From a virus: a stretch of 64,000 nucleotides of DNA. The stretch spans positions 76,165 to 140,164 of the IMG/VR virus record IMGVR_UViG_3300032093_000021; one strand, given 5' to 3'. Position 1 is the stretch's first letter. Every line of letters begins with the position of its first letter. The translations under genes and the position numbers were made by a program. This document shows, one piece after another, positions 19,701 through 28,775 of the stretch. The notes beneath the pieces were generated by a model. It did not search any database. It worked only from the letters and a program-made list of their open reading frames with translations, and had not been told where the DNA came from.

Positions 19701-22700
19701 ATTAATAATTTGAACATCATACATTGATCTTGTATAATCTAAAAACTCTTGTTCTAATTTATCTAAAACTTTTATATCAAATACAGAAAATATTTCTTCT
19801 ATTGATGTGTAATCATCTTGTTTATTAAGTGAAAAGGATTCTTGAATTGGCTCATTAAAGAATATACTTTTCATATATGAGGTAGGTTTAGGTATATCTA
19901 CTTGACTGTTGTCAAAATACCCGTAGTTAGGTAATCCCCAAAGTGTTCTAATAGAACCATTGTATACCGCCGGATTATCTTTAACATTAACCTTCATTTT
20001 ATTTTTATCGTCAAAACATTCAAACTGAGTTTGATTTATATTTGAACCGAAAGATGGTACAACATATCTCACATTTCCCTCTTTATCAAATAAAGTCGTT
20101 GACCATGTTCTAAATCTCAAAGATTCTTTCGGGTTTGAAGGGTTATACTTTTCTAATTTGTTGAATGAAGAACTATCTGTAAATTTTATTTCTATAGAAT
20201 CCCCAGTTGCATTTACGAATTCTTGAATCTCATTACTTGTATAATCAGAAAATAAACCGAAACCTCTACAAAAAATATTAAAGTCATTAATTACTTTTGG
20301 ATAAAAACCAACATTATATTCTTGTACAACATCCGATAGTATAGTTGTTGTTTTATCAAGTGCAATTGTTTGTTGAACACCATCCAAATCTAAAACGTAT
20401 TCTTTCTGTGGATTTTTGGTTATTGGATCATAGTTTTGTTTTGCATCAAAATTTTTCCAAATATTTTCCAATATATCAACACCATCCTTTTTCCATACCT
20501 TATACCTATGCCAAATACTACCATATCTCAATATCCAAGCATATGGAACTCTATGAATACCTCCAAACTTTTTAATACTTGCAAATATATAATCTAAATC
20601 AGTTGTTTGTGAATTTGAGTATGTTTTATATTTTTCTCTTAAAGTAGCCAATGGCAAACTATTCAAAAACAAATACGCAGCAGAAACATAAGGATATAAG
20701 TTACCTGATGTAAATCTATTAACACCCTCTAAAATAGCATTAGTGAAATAAGGCGTGTTTAAAATTGAAGTTGTTTGAATCTTATTGATTAAACCTGTAT
20801 AATTTTTATAAAAGATTCCTCCTTCTGTTGGTATCTGATTTTTAATATTTGTTGTTCCAATTCGTCCCTCATAGAAATTTTTGAAGTTACCCCCTATAAA
20901 AGAATCTTGTGTCGGATCCGGTAAACTTAAAGTTCCATAATAATTAAAATTTGTGATTGGTCTAATTTCTGTTTTGGTTGTATCTTTATTAAAATTAGCC
21001 AACATCTTTTTATCTTCATTGAATTTCAAAGTTTTTGTAGTATTCAATGTATTGAAAAAATCTGTTGTTTTTGAACCATCCGCTAAATTCTTTTTAAACC
21101 AATCATTAACTGCAAACGGGTATGTGTCTAAAAATTCAAAAGTATTTGATGTTGTACTGTTCAAATAATCTATTATTTGTTGTTTCTGTTTGGGTTCGGG
21201 ATTTATCTTGTTGTTATTTGGATCTATAGTTGATTCTGATAAAATACTAAAATCAGTTTGAACTTCGTTTTCAATATAGTTTGTAACAAAAATGTCTCTT
21301 ATGTATTTCTGCCAACTTTCTCCTAATCCCTGATTTGAAACATTCGCCAAATAAGCAATCAGGTTGGCAGAATTTAAATCATAATTTTTCAACTTTTGTA
21401 TTAAAAAAGGATTGTCCGTTCCCAAAGCATTTATGATATTAATTGTTTCAGTTTCTGCTATAATTTGAGGTAAAATTTTTGACGCATTGTCCCTACCAAA
21501 TCTTTGGTAAAAAGAAGATGTAAAAACTCTTTCCCAAATTTCAAAAAGAAACTTTACCTCTTGTTTGTTTGCAAACAACCTATCTGTGACCGGAAAGTCA
21601 ATTGAATTTAGTGAGATTCTATCAACATTCTGATTTGAGTTTCCTAAATCCGAAAAAGTTTCAGTGGCAGCTGAAGTTATCACTTTAGCCTTTGCCCGAA
21701 TATATTCCTCAACAAATTCTACTTCAGGCCAAATTTCAGTTAGATACGCCTTGGTTTTTGATATATACTTAGGGTCTCCCGGGTATTGTAGAATATATTT
21801 TTCACCATTCTGATCATTAGTCTCAACAAAATAATGTGGCCACGGATATACCGGAATTAAGTTTTCACCATTTATGTCCACAAAATCCTTCAAATCAGGA
21901 CTTGTAACTGTTTTATTCTTATCTTGAACTACACCCGCCCTTACAGGATCGTTTCTTTTTTCCCACGCCGCGGAATGTATATCACATAAAACTCTGAGGA
22001 ACGCCTCTGAGTTGGCCATAAAAACGGCAATCATATTTCTTATAGTAGGTTGAAAACCCAAACCATTATCTTTTCTTTCCAAGAAATCACTTAATTTTTT
22101 TTGAAGATCATCCTCTATTTTTTTACCCTTTATATTAGCCTGATTTAACATACTTTCAGTCACTTTGAGAAAGCTGTTAGGTAATTCGTCAAACTGAAAC
22201 CAATTTGATTGAGATGATCCGATATTGAGTGAAGTAAGAATTGAACCTACATCCAATTCAAACTTATCAAATCCTGCTTTGTCATCTTGTTTAGTCTTTC
22301 CTGTTCTCTGTTGGAAAGTCTCTTCATAATCTATGTCAGGGTTAACAACACTCAAGATCTCAAAACTTATAGTATTACTAATAGGATTAGTCCCTGATGA
22401 ACCAAATGTAGGATTTTCAGATAATAACTTGTTGTATTTATCTATGTCAGATTGTAATTCTTGGACTGCTTTTATTTGATTTTTTTCTTCTCTTACTTCT
22501 TTTTTGAAGGTGTAAATTTTATTTTTAGCACCTGAAACAATGTAGTAGTTTTGAATATCCATATATTTCCTGAAGAATGAAGTCCTTGCAGTTAACACTT
22601 TTTTTTGTAAATCTTCCAAATCTCTAACGTAATTACTATAATCAGTCAAGGGTGACAAATCTTGTTCTGTAAAAGCATTCATTAGATTCTTTTCCAAGTT

Positions 22701-23612
22701 ATTTAACCTTATGATAAAGTCTTGAACAGTTATTTCTGGGAAATCGGGTTTTATTAAATCCTTTGATTTATATTCTTGATATACTTCTTTAATTTTCTGT
22801 AACCCTCTTGTTACAGGAACTGTTTGTATTTCTTTACTTTGAACTCCGACGTTTGAGGGTGGTGTAATTGTAAATTTACTCTCATACATAAAAGGTAGTG
22901 CAAATAGATGTTGAACGGGTAATCTTTGTAGAACACTATATTGATATGTCTTAAACTTAGTAGTTATTTTAAAATTTCCACTTTCAGGACTATAACTTGC
23001 TGTAAAAGTTGTTAATTCAAGTTGATGTTGAACACCCTTCCCAAAATAACCTTTAACCGTCAAATAAAATATTGGATATGGATATGTGAAAAAACAAGCA
23101 TAAGGCGAGTCTTCACCCTTTTCAAAAAGGGCTCTACCTCTATAATCTTCCATATTTATGGTAACATCAAAATAACCACTTACTTTAGTATCTATTGTAA
23201 TATCAGTAATACCTAATAATCCTGTATCAATATTTTTTGTTATTTGTTTTACATAACCAAGAGGATTACTATCAGGAGTTTCTTTAGTTTGGTTAGCACC
23301 ATTTCCTTTTATTGTATCTAAACCCGTTATTTCATCATAAAACTCATCTGTCAAAAATTTCTCTTTCTTGGGATTCAAAAAATTAATGGTAGCAACAGAA
23401 ATCAAATTACGTCTTGTGTTGTTATCAACACCTAACGCCAACCTTGTTCTTGGAGTTAAAGCGCATTCTAAATTTGCATAACAAACTAGATTTTCGTTAA
23501 ACACTGCTCTCTCTTTGACCTGTCCTTGAGAGTTTATAACCTTATTTGGGTCAACTAGTACAACATTTTGATAATCAAATTCAACATATATATTTTCGTT
23601 GTTATCTACCAT
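16782..23612 (-). CDS. Giant baseplate hub-like protein (gp27/GPD-like) with C-terminal lysozyme-like and Thr/Pro-linked domains
   Basis: 2276 aa. Contains a GPD/gp27-type motif (YTCSVSSMGNAMIQPEMYFNL..VPMFTGPYWITEVSHKISPGSFNTDFKGTR) and lies next to the LysM/gpX-like gene. Confidence 0.7.
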   Translation of the reverse strand: MVDNNENIYVEFDYQNVVLVDPNKVINSQGQVKERAVFNENLVCYANLECALTPRTRLALGVDNNTRRNLISVATINFLNPKKEKFLTDEFYDEITGLDTIKGNGANQTKETPDSNPLGYVKQITKNIDTGLLGITDITIDTKVSGYFDVTINMEDYRGRALFEKGEDSPYACFFTYPYPIFYLTVKGYFGKGVQHQLELTTFTASYSPESGNFKITTKFKTYQYSVLQRLPVQHLFALPFMYESKFTITPPSNVGVQSKEIQTVPVTRGLQKIKEVYQEYKSKDLIKPDFPEITVQDFIIRLNNLEKNLMNAFTEQDLSPLTDYSNYVRDLEDLQKKVLTARTSFFRKYMDIQNYYIVSGAKNKIYTFKKEVREEKNQIKAVQELQSDIDKYNKLLSENPTFGSSGTNPISNTISFEILSVVNPDIDYEETFQQRTGKTKQDDKAGFDKFELDVGSILTSLNIGSSQSNWFQFDELPNSFLKVTESMLNQANIKGKKIEDDLQKKLSDFLERKDNGLGFQPTIRNMIAVFMANSEAFLRVLCDIHSAAWEKRNDPVRAGVVQDKNKTVTSPDLKDFVDINGENLIPVYPWPHYFVETNDQNGEKYILQYPGDPKYISKTKAYLTEIWPEVEFVEEYIRAKAKVITSAATETFSDLGNSNQNVDRISLNSIDFPVTDRLFANKQEVKFLFEIWERVFTSSFYQRFGRDNASKILPQIIAETETINIINALGTDNPFLIQKLKNYDLNSANLIAYLANVSNQGLGESWQKYIRDIFVTNYIENEVQTDFSILSESTIDPNNNKINPEPKQKQQIIDYLNSTTSNTFEFLDTYPFAVNDWFKKNLADGSKTTDFFNTLNTTKTLKFNEDKKMLANFNKDTTKTEIRPITNFNYYGTLSLPDPTQDSFIGGNFKNFYEGRIGTTNIKNQIPTEGGIFYKNYTGLINKIQTTSILNTPYFTNAILEGVNRFTSGNLYPYVSAAYLFLNSLPLATLREKYKTYSNSQTTDLDYIFASIKKFGGIHRVPYAWILRYGSIWHRYKVWKKDGVDILENIWKNFDAKQNYDPITKNPQKEYVLDLDGVQQTIALDKTTTILSDVVQEYNVGFYPKVINDFNIFCRGFGLFSDYTSNEIQEFVNATGDSIEIKFTDSSSFNKLEKYNPSNPKESLRFRTWSTTLFDKEGNVRYVVPSFGSNINQTQFECFDDKNKMKVNVKDNPAVYNGSIRTLWGLPNYGYFDNSQVDIPKPTSYMKSIFFNEPIQESFSLNKQDDYTSIEEIFSVFDIKVLDKLEQEFLDYTRSMYDVQIINSGDTTISVIDITKLSINASGKFKNFQMMMVELLKIDTPVTSTSKQFVSDIQKSQFTKFITNIKQFLEYDEIMKIGNPGGYDRRLFDSFSTVNAIEEPYTFNAYVSGSLPTPGGTTLQQSRAAYPETWKLLELYVGFSNVDGLRYSNQGSYITDFFIDGNIVFNEDSVQSLAPLIKIYATKKKNNPAYNWSTFTNDLNGYITRTQNFLDLTINFVFKNLQNDLPNVVESKEDFLKTQAINSEVLPLSLWDSFKALNDRWIAGFDFNQKCLMEDVLILDRANRNIGDKHFFDVIKVKVINDFVSNQSVTIWGILSSLLEKHNFNVSMRSSYANFYGVSEVQKDAVPKIEGTLEFGNEIFGTFLNVDLRKTSPKMVCILRTIPGEHLDMNKNKEVGFKSDAFEFRRVSEIPLLDDLINKKDWALSNKVVAFNVDVGIRNQNIFKSISVGQDAGKETLESVLANERLIKKYSGGDFSSQNVSLWDLYSKRAYTCSVSSMGNAMIQPEMYFNLKHVPMFTGPYWITEVSHKISPGSFNTDFKGTRQQMFSYPEIKNYLQAMYKQLYLSLKEKLQRKEVKTTQSSSASTASTSYVEYNVSWGQTLDPKDDCKKLLNSKYSNYTITTQDTQAVKNSSDMAKEIISEVPGNDDEAQKKRIMTFITIYLYSWDKSGNFGSFNNNFSGVELGIYYGESSSKLIKNQYACQIPANEKKSIPYASFENSKNMILLTSARWSHFTKQVDLTNPESYLKLWILNWNKDPKPDAFYDDFKKNNKSLYDQLLSKVKDADKLARTLNIYSTPKPSSTPSPTPSPTPNGVPEFDDNFVISQLGVGKVGLNGSDVYYELIFTAEAKTPGGNTNRTLKLSNNVSADVIISSGGTDTKIGTLSLTKFNTTCANGVTILSKSFDGFGCSGDDKKCELGVIPNSQTSIIWDTDINFCDPTKPEAQVAVDSYDKPGVQFKIKFSNGATINRSYNNT

Positions 23613-23925
23613 AATAAAAGAAGTGGTTGTTTAGTTCTGCCTCATAATCTTGTACTGAGGCGATAAGTGGAAAAGGTATAACTAACAATCCTCTATCAGG
23701 AATATTCCATTCCAAACCTCCATATTGTGGATTTGCCGCTAAAATTAACCATCCAAAAAGTGGAGACCCATAAAATTCTTGACTTATTTTATCTAATCTA
23801 CTCACATTGGTTCTATAAATATAATTTTTGTCCGATGTTTTAGACGGAATCTTAACATATGGTACAACAGTTTGTTTACCATTAATTAAAAAGTTATTAT
23901 ACCTGTTAAAATATAAGTTGGACAT
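23602..23925 (-). CDS. LysM/tail X (gp53-like) baseplate protein
   Basis: SRLDKISQEFYGSPLFGWLILAANP...IPDRGLLVIP. Confidence 0.8.
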   Translation of the reverse strand: MSNLYFNRYNNFLINGKQTVVPYVKIPSKTSDKNYIYRTNVSRLDKISQEFYGSPLFGWLILAANPQYGGLEWNIPDRGLLVIPFPLIASVQDYEAELNNHFFYYGR

Positions 23926-26900
23926 TATAAAAATATAGTTTTACCATTAAATGTTTTTTTATTGTTATTTGAGTTTCCTTTTTTGTAAATATTTTTCAAT
24001 CTATCTTTGTCAGTATTATTACCTTCTTCCGACTCATTATATGTGAACTTTCTTTCTTTACCTTTAACAAATACGTTCCATGTTTTATAACTACTTTTAT
24101 CCCATTTATCTTTCAATTCGTTAAATTTTTTATCTTGATTTTCTTTTTGTGTTTTGTAATCGTCATATAAGTCGTTTACCCCGATTTTCATTTGTTCACC
24201 CAATTCTTGTCCATTTTCGGATAATTGGTCTCCGGGTAAATCTAAGTCACTTATCAGTTTGTTTCTTGAATTGTCATTAATTATTATATTTGACATCAAT
24301 ACATAAAATTTTCTATCAATAACAGTATCTAATGTATTACCATCCAAATCCACATCAGTATTTTCTTCAACATAATCTACTTCATAATTAATGAACTTAT
24401 TGTCTTTTGTTAGGTTATAAAACTCCAACAACTTTTCAGATGCTTTTTTGTAATCACTTTTCAATTCATCTAAGGTATTAGGAAACTCATTGTTGAATGT
24501 TTCACTGGTTGATTTAATTTTAAACACTTTAACTTCTTGACTAGGCGTTATATACCCATCCTTTTCGGTGATTACAAAATCTAATTTACTAAATATTATG
24601 ACTAAGTTTTGTTGTATTTGAACAAGTGTTTGACTCAATGTTTCTATAGCACTTGATTTGGAAAGATATTCATCTTCTACAGCTCTTATTAATCTATTTT
24701 CCACTTTTTTTAAATCCGTATTTTTAAATCTAAAAGGATCTAATCTTGTCATTAAGAAGACACTTCTGTCTTTTATTCCTCTAACAACATCATCTTTAAT
24801 TTCTTTTAATCTTGATTGAAAGTCATTTGATTTACCCAAAATGTTCATTGAGAATGGTCCTACAAATTCAGAGGTTTTACCATCTGAATAATTATTTTTT
24901 TGAGTGAATGTTTGTAATATTTGATTGTTATAGTTTTTACTTAATTCTTCAAACTTATTCATTACAGTGTTCAGATATTCTTGTCCTGTATCATACAAAG
25001 AATCCATTATTTTTTTATATGATGTATCCCCTGTAGTTCCTGAGGATTCAGTTGTAACTCTTGTTAAAATTGTTCCTATAGTATCTCCACCTTGATTCTG
25101 TAAATTATTTTGTTTATCAAGTGTGGTTGGTGGATCAACTTGACTAAAAAGTTCCTCTATTAATTTCTCATCTACTTGTTTGAAAGAATCATCCGTCCAT
25201 TCAGCTCTTTCATCGTAAACTTCAGTGTTCGCATAATAATTGAATGATAAAGCATTTTGTAGTTGTTGAATTGGTTCTTTCAATCCCATACCACCAACAA
25301 TCGTAAAATTCATTTGAACTTTTACAATCATAGGTTGTACTCCAATACCCTCCGGATTCAAATCATATTGTATACCTCCCCCTTCTTCGTAAGAGAAACT
25401 TACATCACCAGGTATTATTTTAGTATGAAAAAAATCACCAATTCTTAGAATTAAGACCGGAGGAGCTCCAAATGCGGTATTGACTGCGTTGTTATATTTA
25501 GGTCTTCCATTTATATCTATTACAGGTATTGTGTCTCCCGGTCTTGTACATTGATGTAAAAAAGTTAATCTTGAATTCAATCCTTCTGGAGTCATTGAAT
25601 GAAAAGCAGGGTTGAAATACTTGATTTTTTGTTTCATTGAATCGTAAACAAACGGATCCGTCTCTTTGATCAACTCAAAATAATCACATTCTGTTAATAA
25701 ACTTCTCAGTATTCTTTTACCAATCCCCTCTTTAAATTTTTCTTCTATTGTTACTGTGGCGGGTTTTGCGGGTAATGGTATAAGATCAGTTCTTGTCTCA
25801 GGTGTATCTCTTGTAATGGAACCTTTTTTTGTTTCCGTTCTCGGTTGTGCTTTTTCAAAATCTATTGATTTAATTGAAACTCTCCTACATGCCATTGCCG
25901 ATAGTGAATATAACCTATCATTCAAGTGAGTTGGTGTTTCACCACTACATGTTATATTTACATTTTGTATATTTTGTCCTTTTGTTTTTATTGTGGGTAT
26001 CTGAATTTCTTCACCTTTAGGTGTTAAAGTTATAACAATAGAACTTGTAAAATCAGGAAATAAACTATCCAAATATGCCTTTACCGAATTAGCTCTCCTT
26101 TGTGATAAGCTATAGTTATAGTCCACGGATGCTGGTGCTGAAGCACTTGCAATCAATTCTATAGTTATTCTAGGTTTAACTGAAGAATTTTCTTTAGGGA
26201 AAGTTTCAAAGTATTGTTTTATTTTATCTACCAAATCTTTATTGATGAGGTCGTAATTATAAACGACAGTTTGTTCAATAAATGTTTTAGCCGTGGTGTT
26301 TCCCAAATAATCAGAATTACTTATATAAGAATCATATAAGTTCTTGAAATTCTCATTATCACCTTTAGGTATATCATTTGCAAAATAGAAACCAATATCC
26401 AAACATGTAGAAAAATCAAATGAAGGTGCGGGAATAGTTACTTTCTCCTCAGTTGGGATTGTTTTAACAACATTTTCTGTTTTAATTAATTCCTTATATT
26501 CATCAGATTTAGCTTGAACTATTTTTTTCTGTAAATCAACCAATTGACTTCTACTTAAAGTGTTCCATCTTTTAGCCAATTCATATATATCATATTTGAG
26601 ACAACCCGCTATGAATGAATCAACAATTTCATTAACACTGGTTGTTTGTTGGTTCGCAAGTTCCTTGTTTACTATCAAATTCAAAATTGATGGGTGGTCA
26701 ACAATTATTTTAAATGATAAAGATCCACTTCTTGTTGTATCTTTATAAGCAAAAATTGGTTCTGGTCTTCCCAAAAAACTAGTTGAAGCAAATGAAGGTT
26801 TTGAACTCTCGTTGAAAGTTAACCCATAGGGTGGAAACCACATAATCCTCCCTCCATTCGGCCCCTTTTCACATTCAGGTAAATCATCATAAGTTAATCC

Positions 26901-28730
26901 TGCTCTATTTGATGTTCTCCAAGCCAAATTTTCTATTGAGAACATGTATTTTTTTACTTTACCGTCTACAATATTTGTGGAACCGGGGTTTTTAAGGGGT
27001 GCTATGTTTAAATTATATGTATTATCTAAAACTGAATACGAAAACTTTCTTATATTACCATCTGTTTTTTGTAGATTTGAAAAAGTAAAATAAGGTTTGT
27101 CTTTCGTGAAAACTCTACAATATATGTTGTCGTTTGTATAAACACCTTTTGCAGGATTTGACCATTTTTGTATTTGTGAACCTTTGGTCATTGTTTTATA
27201 ACCATCATTAAAAATGGTACTCACTTGATTTATCGCATTACCAACATGAGAAAATCTATTTGGTCCATTAAGATCATCAGCAGATGTGACAAATCTTTGT
27301 GTATAATCCAAAATAGATGAATTTTTAAAATCAAATGAAGTTGAATTGAATGGAGGTTTTATATTATCCGAAGTATACTTGGGTGATGTCCATGCAAACC
27401 CTCCTGTTAAATCACCACCATTATCCGTGATAGATTTCCCCGCTAACCCAAACTCAAATCTTTTATCCGGTCCTTCGTATTGTTTACCCAACTTGTCCGG
27501 ACCATACATCGGAGCTATAATATTTCTACCGAACGGATCCAAAGCTAAAGCATCATTAGGAGAATCAATACGTGACGCTTCTAATTGTTTATTCCCTATG
27601 TAATATCCACCTACATTTGGTTGATCTAAAATTGAATTTATTGCTCTTCTTGCTGTGTCAACAATTTCTCCAACAATTGACCTTTCATAGTTGGGAGAAT
27701 ATCTATTTAAACTTAAGTTGAAATATAGTTGTGATTTTTGTCCACCTCCTGTGTTATCTATAAAGTTTTGTGATGGGGAATCTTGGGTAAACGCTCTACC
27801 AAATAATTTACCTACTCCGGTTGCTCTTTGAACCCCTTGATCATCTGTTGTAACTCTCGGGTCTCTACCATCGGAAAAAGCACCAGCAATTTGACCAAAC
27901 AAACTTAAATTATTTTGTGGTTGGGAAAAGTATTCTCCGGGAATCACAGAACCGGGAAAATAAAATCCTCCGAGTCTTGCCGCAAAATCAGCCGCCGCTA
28001 TTGCTATATTTGAAGGTCTTGTAATTACCCAATCTCTTTCTACTAGTGGCCTTTTACCCTGTAAAATTTGTATTGCTTGTACGGGATCTCCAACTGCATT
28101 GGGTAAGTTAACTCTCCCTACAGTATTTTGTATTATTTCTCTACCTATTCTTTCTTGAAATTCTTTTTTTAACACTCTTGATCCGAGTTGTGCAATAAAA
28201 GAATCTTGTGATAATGATCCGTTATCTCCTGTTGGGTTATCCTGTAGCAATATTTGATAAGGTGAATAACTTGAAGGTACAAAACTTAAAGGATCACTAT
28301 ATTGTTTGAAAGTTGGTATTGATTGAATGTTACCAATTGTGACTAATTGTATTTTGTTTTGTGGTGCATATTTGTTAAATGTAGGAATATCTCTTTGTAT
28401 GGGTTCACTAATTTGTGGTAACTTATTATCTGAATAATCATACGGTCCTAAATTACTTTTGGTATTAGCTAACCCTCCCGCATCTATTATTTTCAAAAAC
28501 CCTCCTTCAGGACCATAAGCATTTAATGGATACAACTTATCAGCAAAAGGGTCTTGTGATATGAATTCATCAGGTGAATCAATGACAGAATAATCACTTA
28601 AAACAGTCACATAGTTCACATCATTTGCCGGAGGAGTATAAGCACCCGGAACAGTATAAGGTTTAAGGTTTTTAGCCATTAATTTGTTCCTGAACGATGA
28701 TGTTGAATCAAATGTTAAACTACTCGGCAT
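23925..28730 (-). CDS. Large tail-tube-initiator-like baseplate protein with inserted OmpA-like domain
   Basis: Tube-fold motifs (FPPYGLTFNES...FLGRPEPIFAYKDTTRSGSLSF; PPVLILRIGDFF...PMIVKV) flank ASASAPASVDYNYSLSQRRANSVKAYL...KGEE...RRVSI. Confidence 0.7.
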   Translation of the reverse strand: MPSSLTFDSTSSFRNKLMAKNLKPYTVPGAYTPPANDVNYVTVLSDYSVIDSPDEFISQDPFADKLYPLNAYGPEGGFLKIIDAGGLANTKSNLGPYDYSDNKLPQISEPIQRDIPTFNKYAPQNKIQLVTIGNIQSIPTFKQYSDPLSFVPSSYSPYQILLQDNPTGDNGSLSQDSFIAQLGSRVLKKEFQERIGREIIQNTVGRVNLPNAVGDPVQAIQILQGKRPLVERDWVITRPSNIAIAAADFAARLGGFYFPGSVIPGEYFSQPQNNLSLFGQIAGAFSDGRDPRVTTDDQGVQRATGVGKLFGRAFTQDSPSQNFIDNTGGGQKSQLYFNLSLNRYSPNYERSIVGEIVDTARRAINSILDQPNVGGYYIGNKQLEASRIDSPNDALALDPFGRNIIAPMYGPDKLGKQYEGPDKRFEFGLAGKSITDNGGDLTGGFAWTSPKYTSDNIKPPFNSTSFDFKNSSILDYTQRFVTSADDLNGPNRFSHVGNAINQVSTIFNDGYKTMTKGSQIQKWSNPAKGVYTNDNIYCRVFTKDKPYFTFSNLQKTDGNIRKFSYSVLDNTYNLNIAPLKNPGSTNIVDGKVKKYMFSIENLAWRTSNRAGLTYDDLPECEKGPNGGRIMWFPPYGLTFNESSKPSFASTSFLGRPEPIFAYKDTTRSGSLSFKIIVDHPSILNLIVNKELANQQTTSVNEIVDSFIAGCLKYDIYELAKRWNTLSRSQLVDLQKKIVQAKSDEYKELIKTENVVKTIPTEEKVTIPAPSFDFSTCLDIGFYFANDIPKGDNENFKNLYDSYISNSDYLGNTTAKTFIEQTVVYNYDLINKDLVDKIKQYFETFPKENSSVKPRITIELIASASAPASVDYNYSLSQRRANSVKAYLDSLFPDFTSSIVITLTPKGEEIQIPTIKTKGQNIQNVNITCSGETPTHLNDRLYSLSAMACRRVSIKSIDFEKAQPRTETKKGSITRDTPETRTDLIPLPAKPATVTIEEKFKEGIGKRILRSLLTECDYFELIKETDPFVYDSMKQKIKYFNPAFHSMTPEGLNSRLTFLHQCTRPGDTIPVIDINGRPKYNNAVNTAFGAPPVLILRIGDFFHTKIIPGDVSFSYEEGGGIQYDLNPEGIGVQPMIVKVQMNFTIVGGMGLKEPIQQLQNALSFNYYANTEVYDERAEWTDDSFKQVDEKLIEELFSQVDPPTTLDKQNNLQNQGGDTIGTILTRVTTESSGTTGDTSYKKIMDSLYDTGQEYLNTVMNKFEELSKNYNNQILQTFTQKNNYSDGKTSEFVGPFSMNILGKSNDFQSRLKEIKDDVVRGIKDRSVFLMTRLDPFRFKNTDLKKVENRLIRAVEDEYLSKSSAIETLSQTLVQIQQNLVIIFSKLDFVITEKDGYITPSQEVKVFKIKSTSETFNNEFPNTLDELKSDYKKASEKLLEFYNLTKDNKFINYEVDYVEENTDVDLDGNTLDTVIDRKFYVLMSNIIINDNSRNKLISDLDLPGDQLSENGQELGEQMKIGVNDLYDDYKTQKENQDKKFNELKDKWDKSSYKTWNVFVKGKERKFTYNESEEGNNTDKDRLKNIYKKGNSNNNKKTFNGKTIFL

Positions 28731-28775
28731 TTTTTGTTGAGATGTTTTTTATATAAATACAAAGATTCCCTTTTT

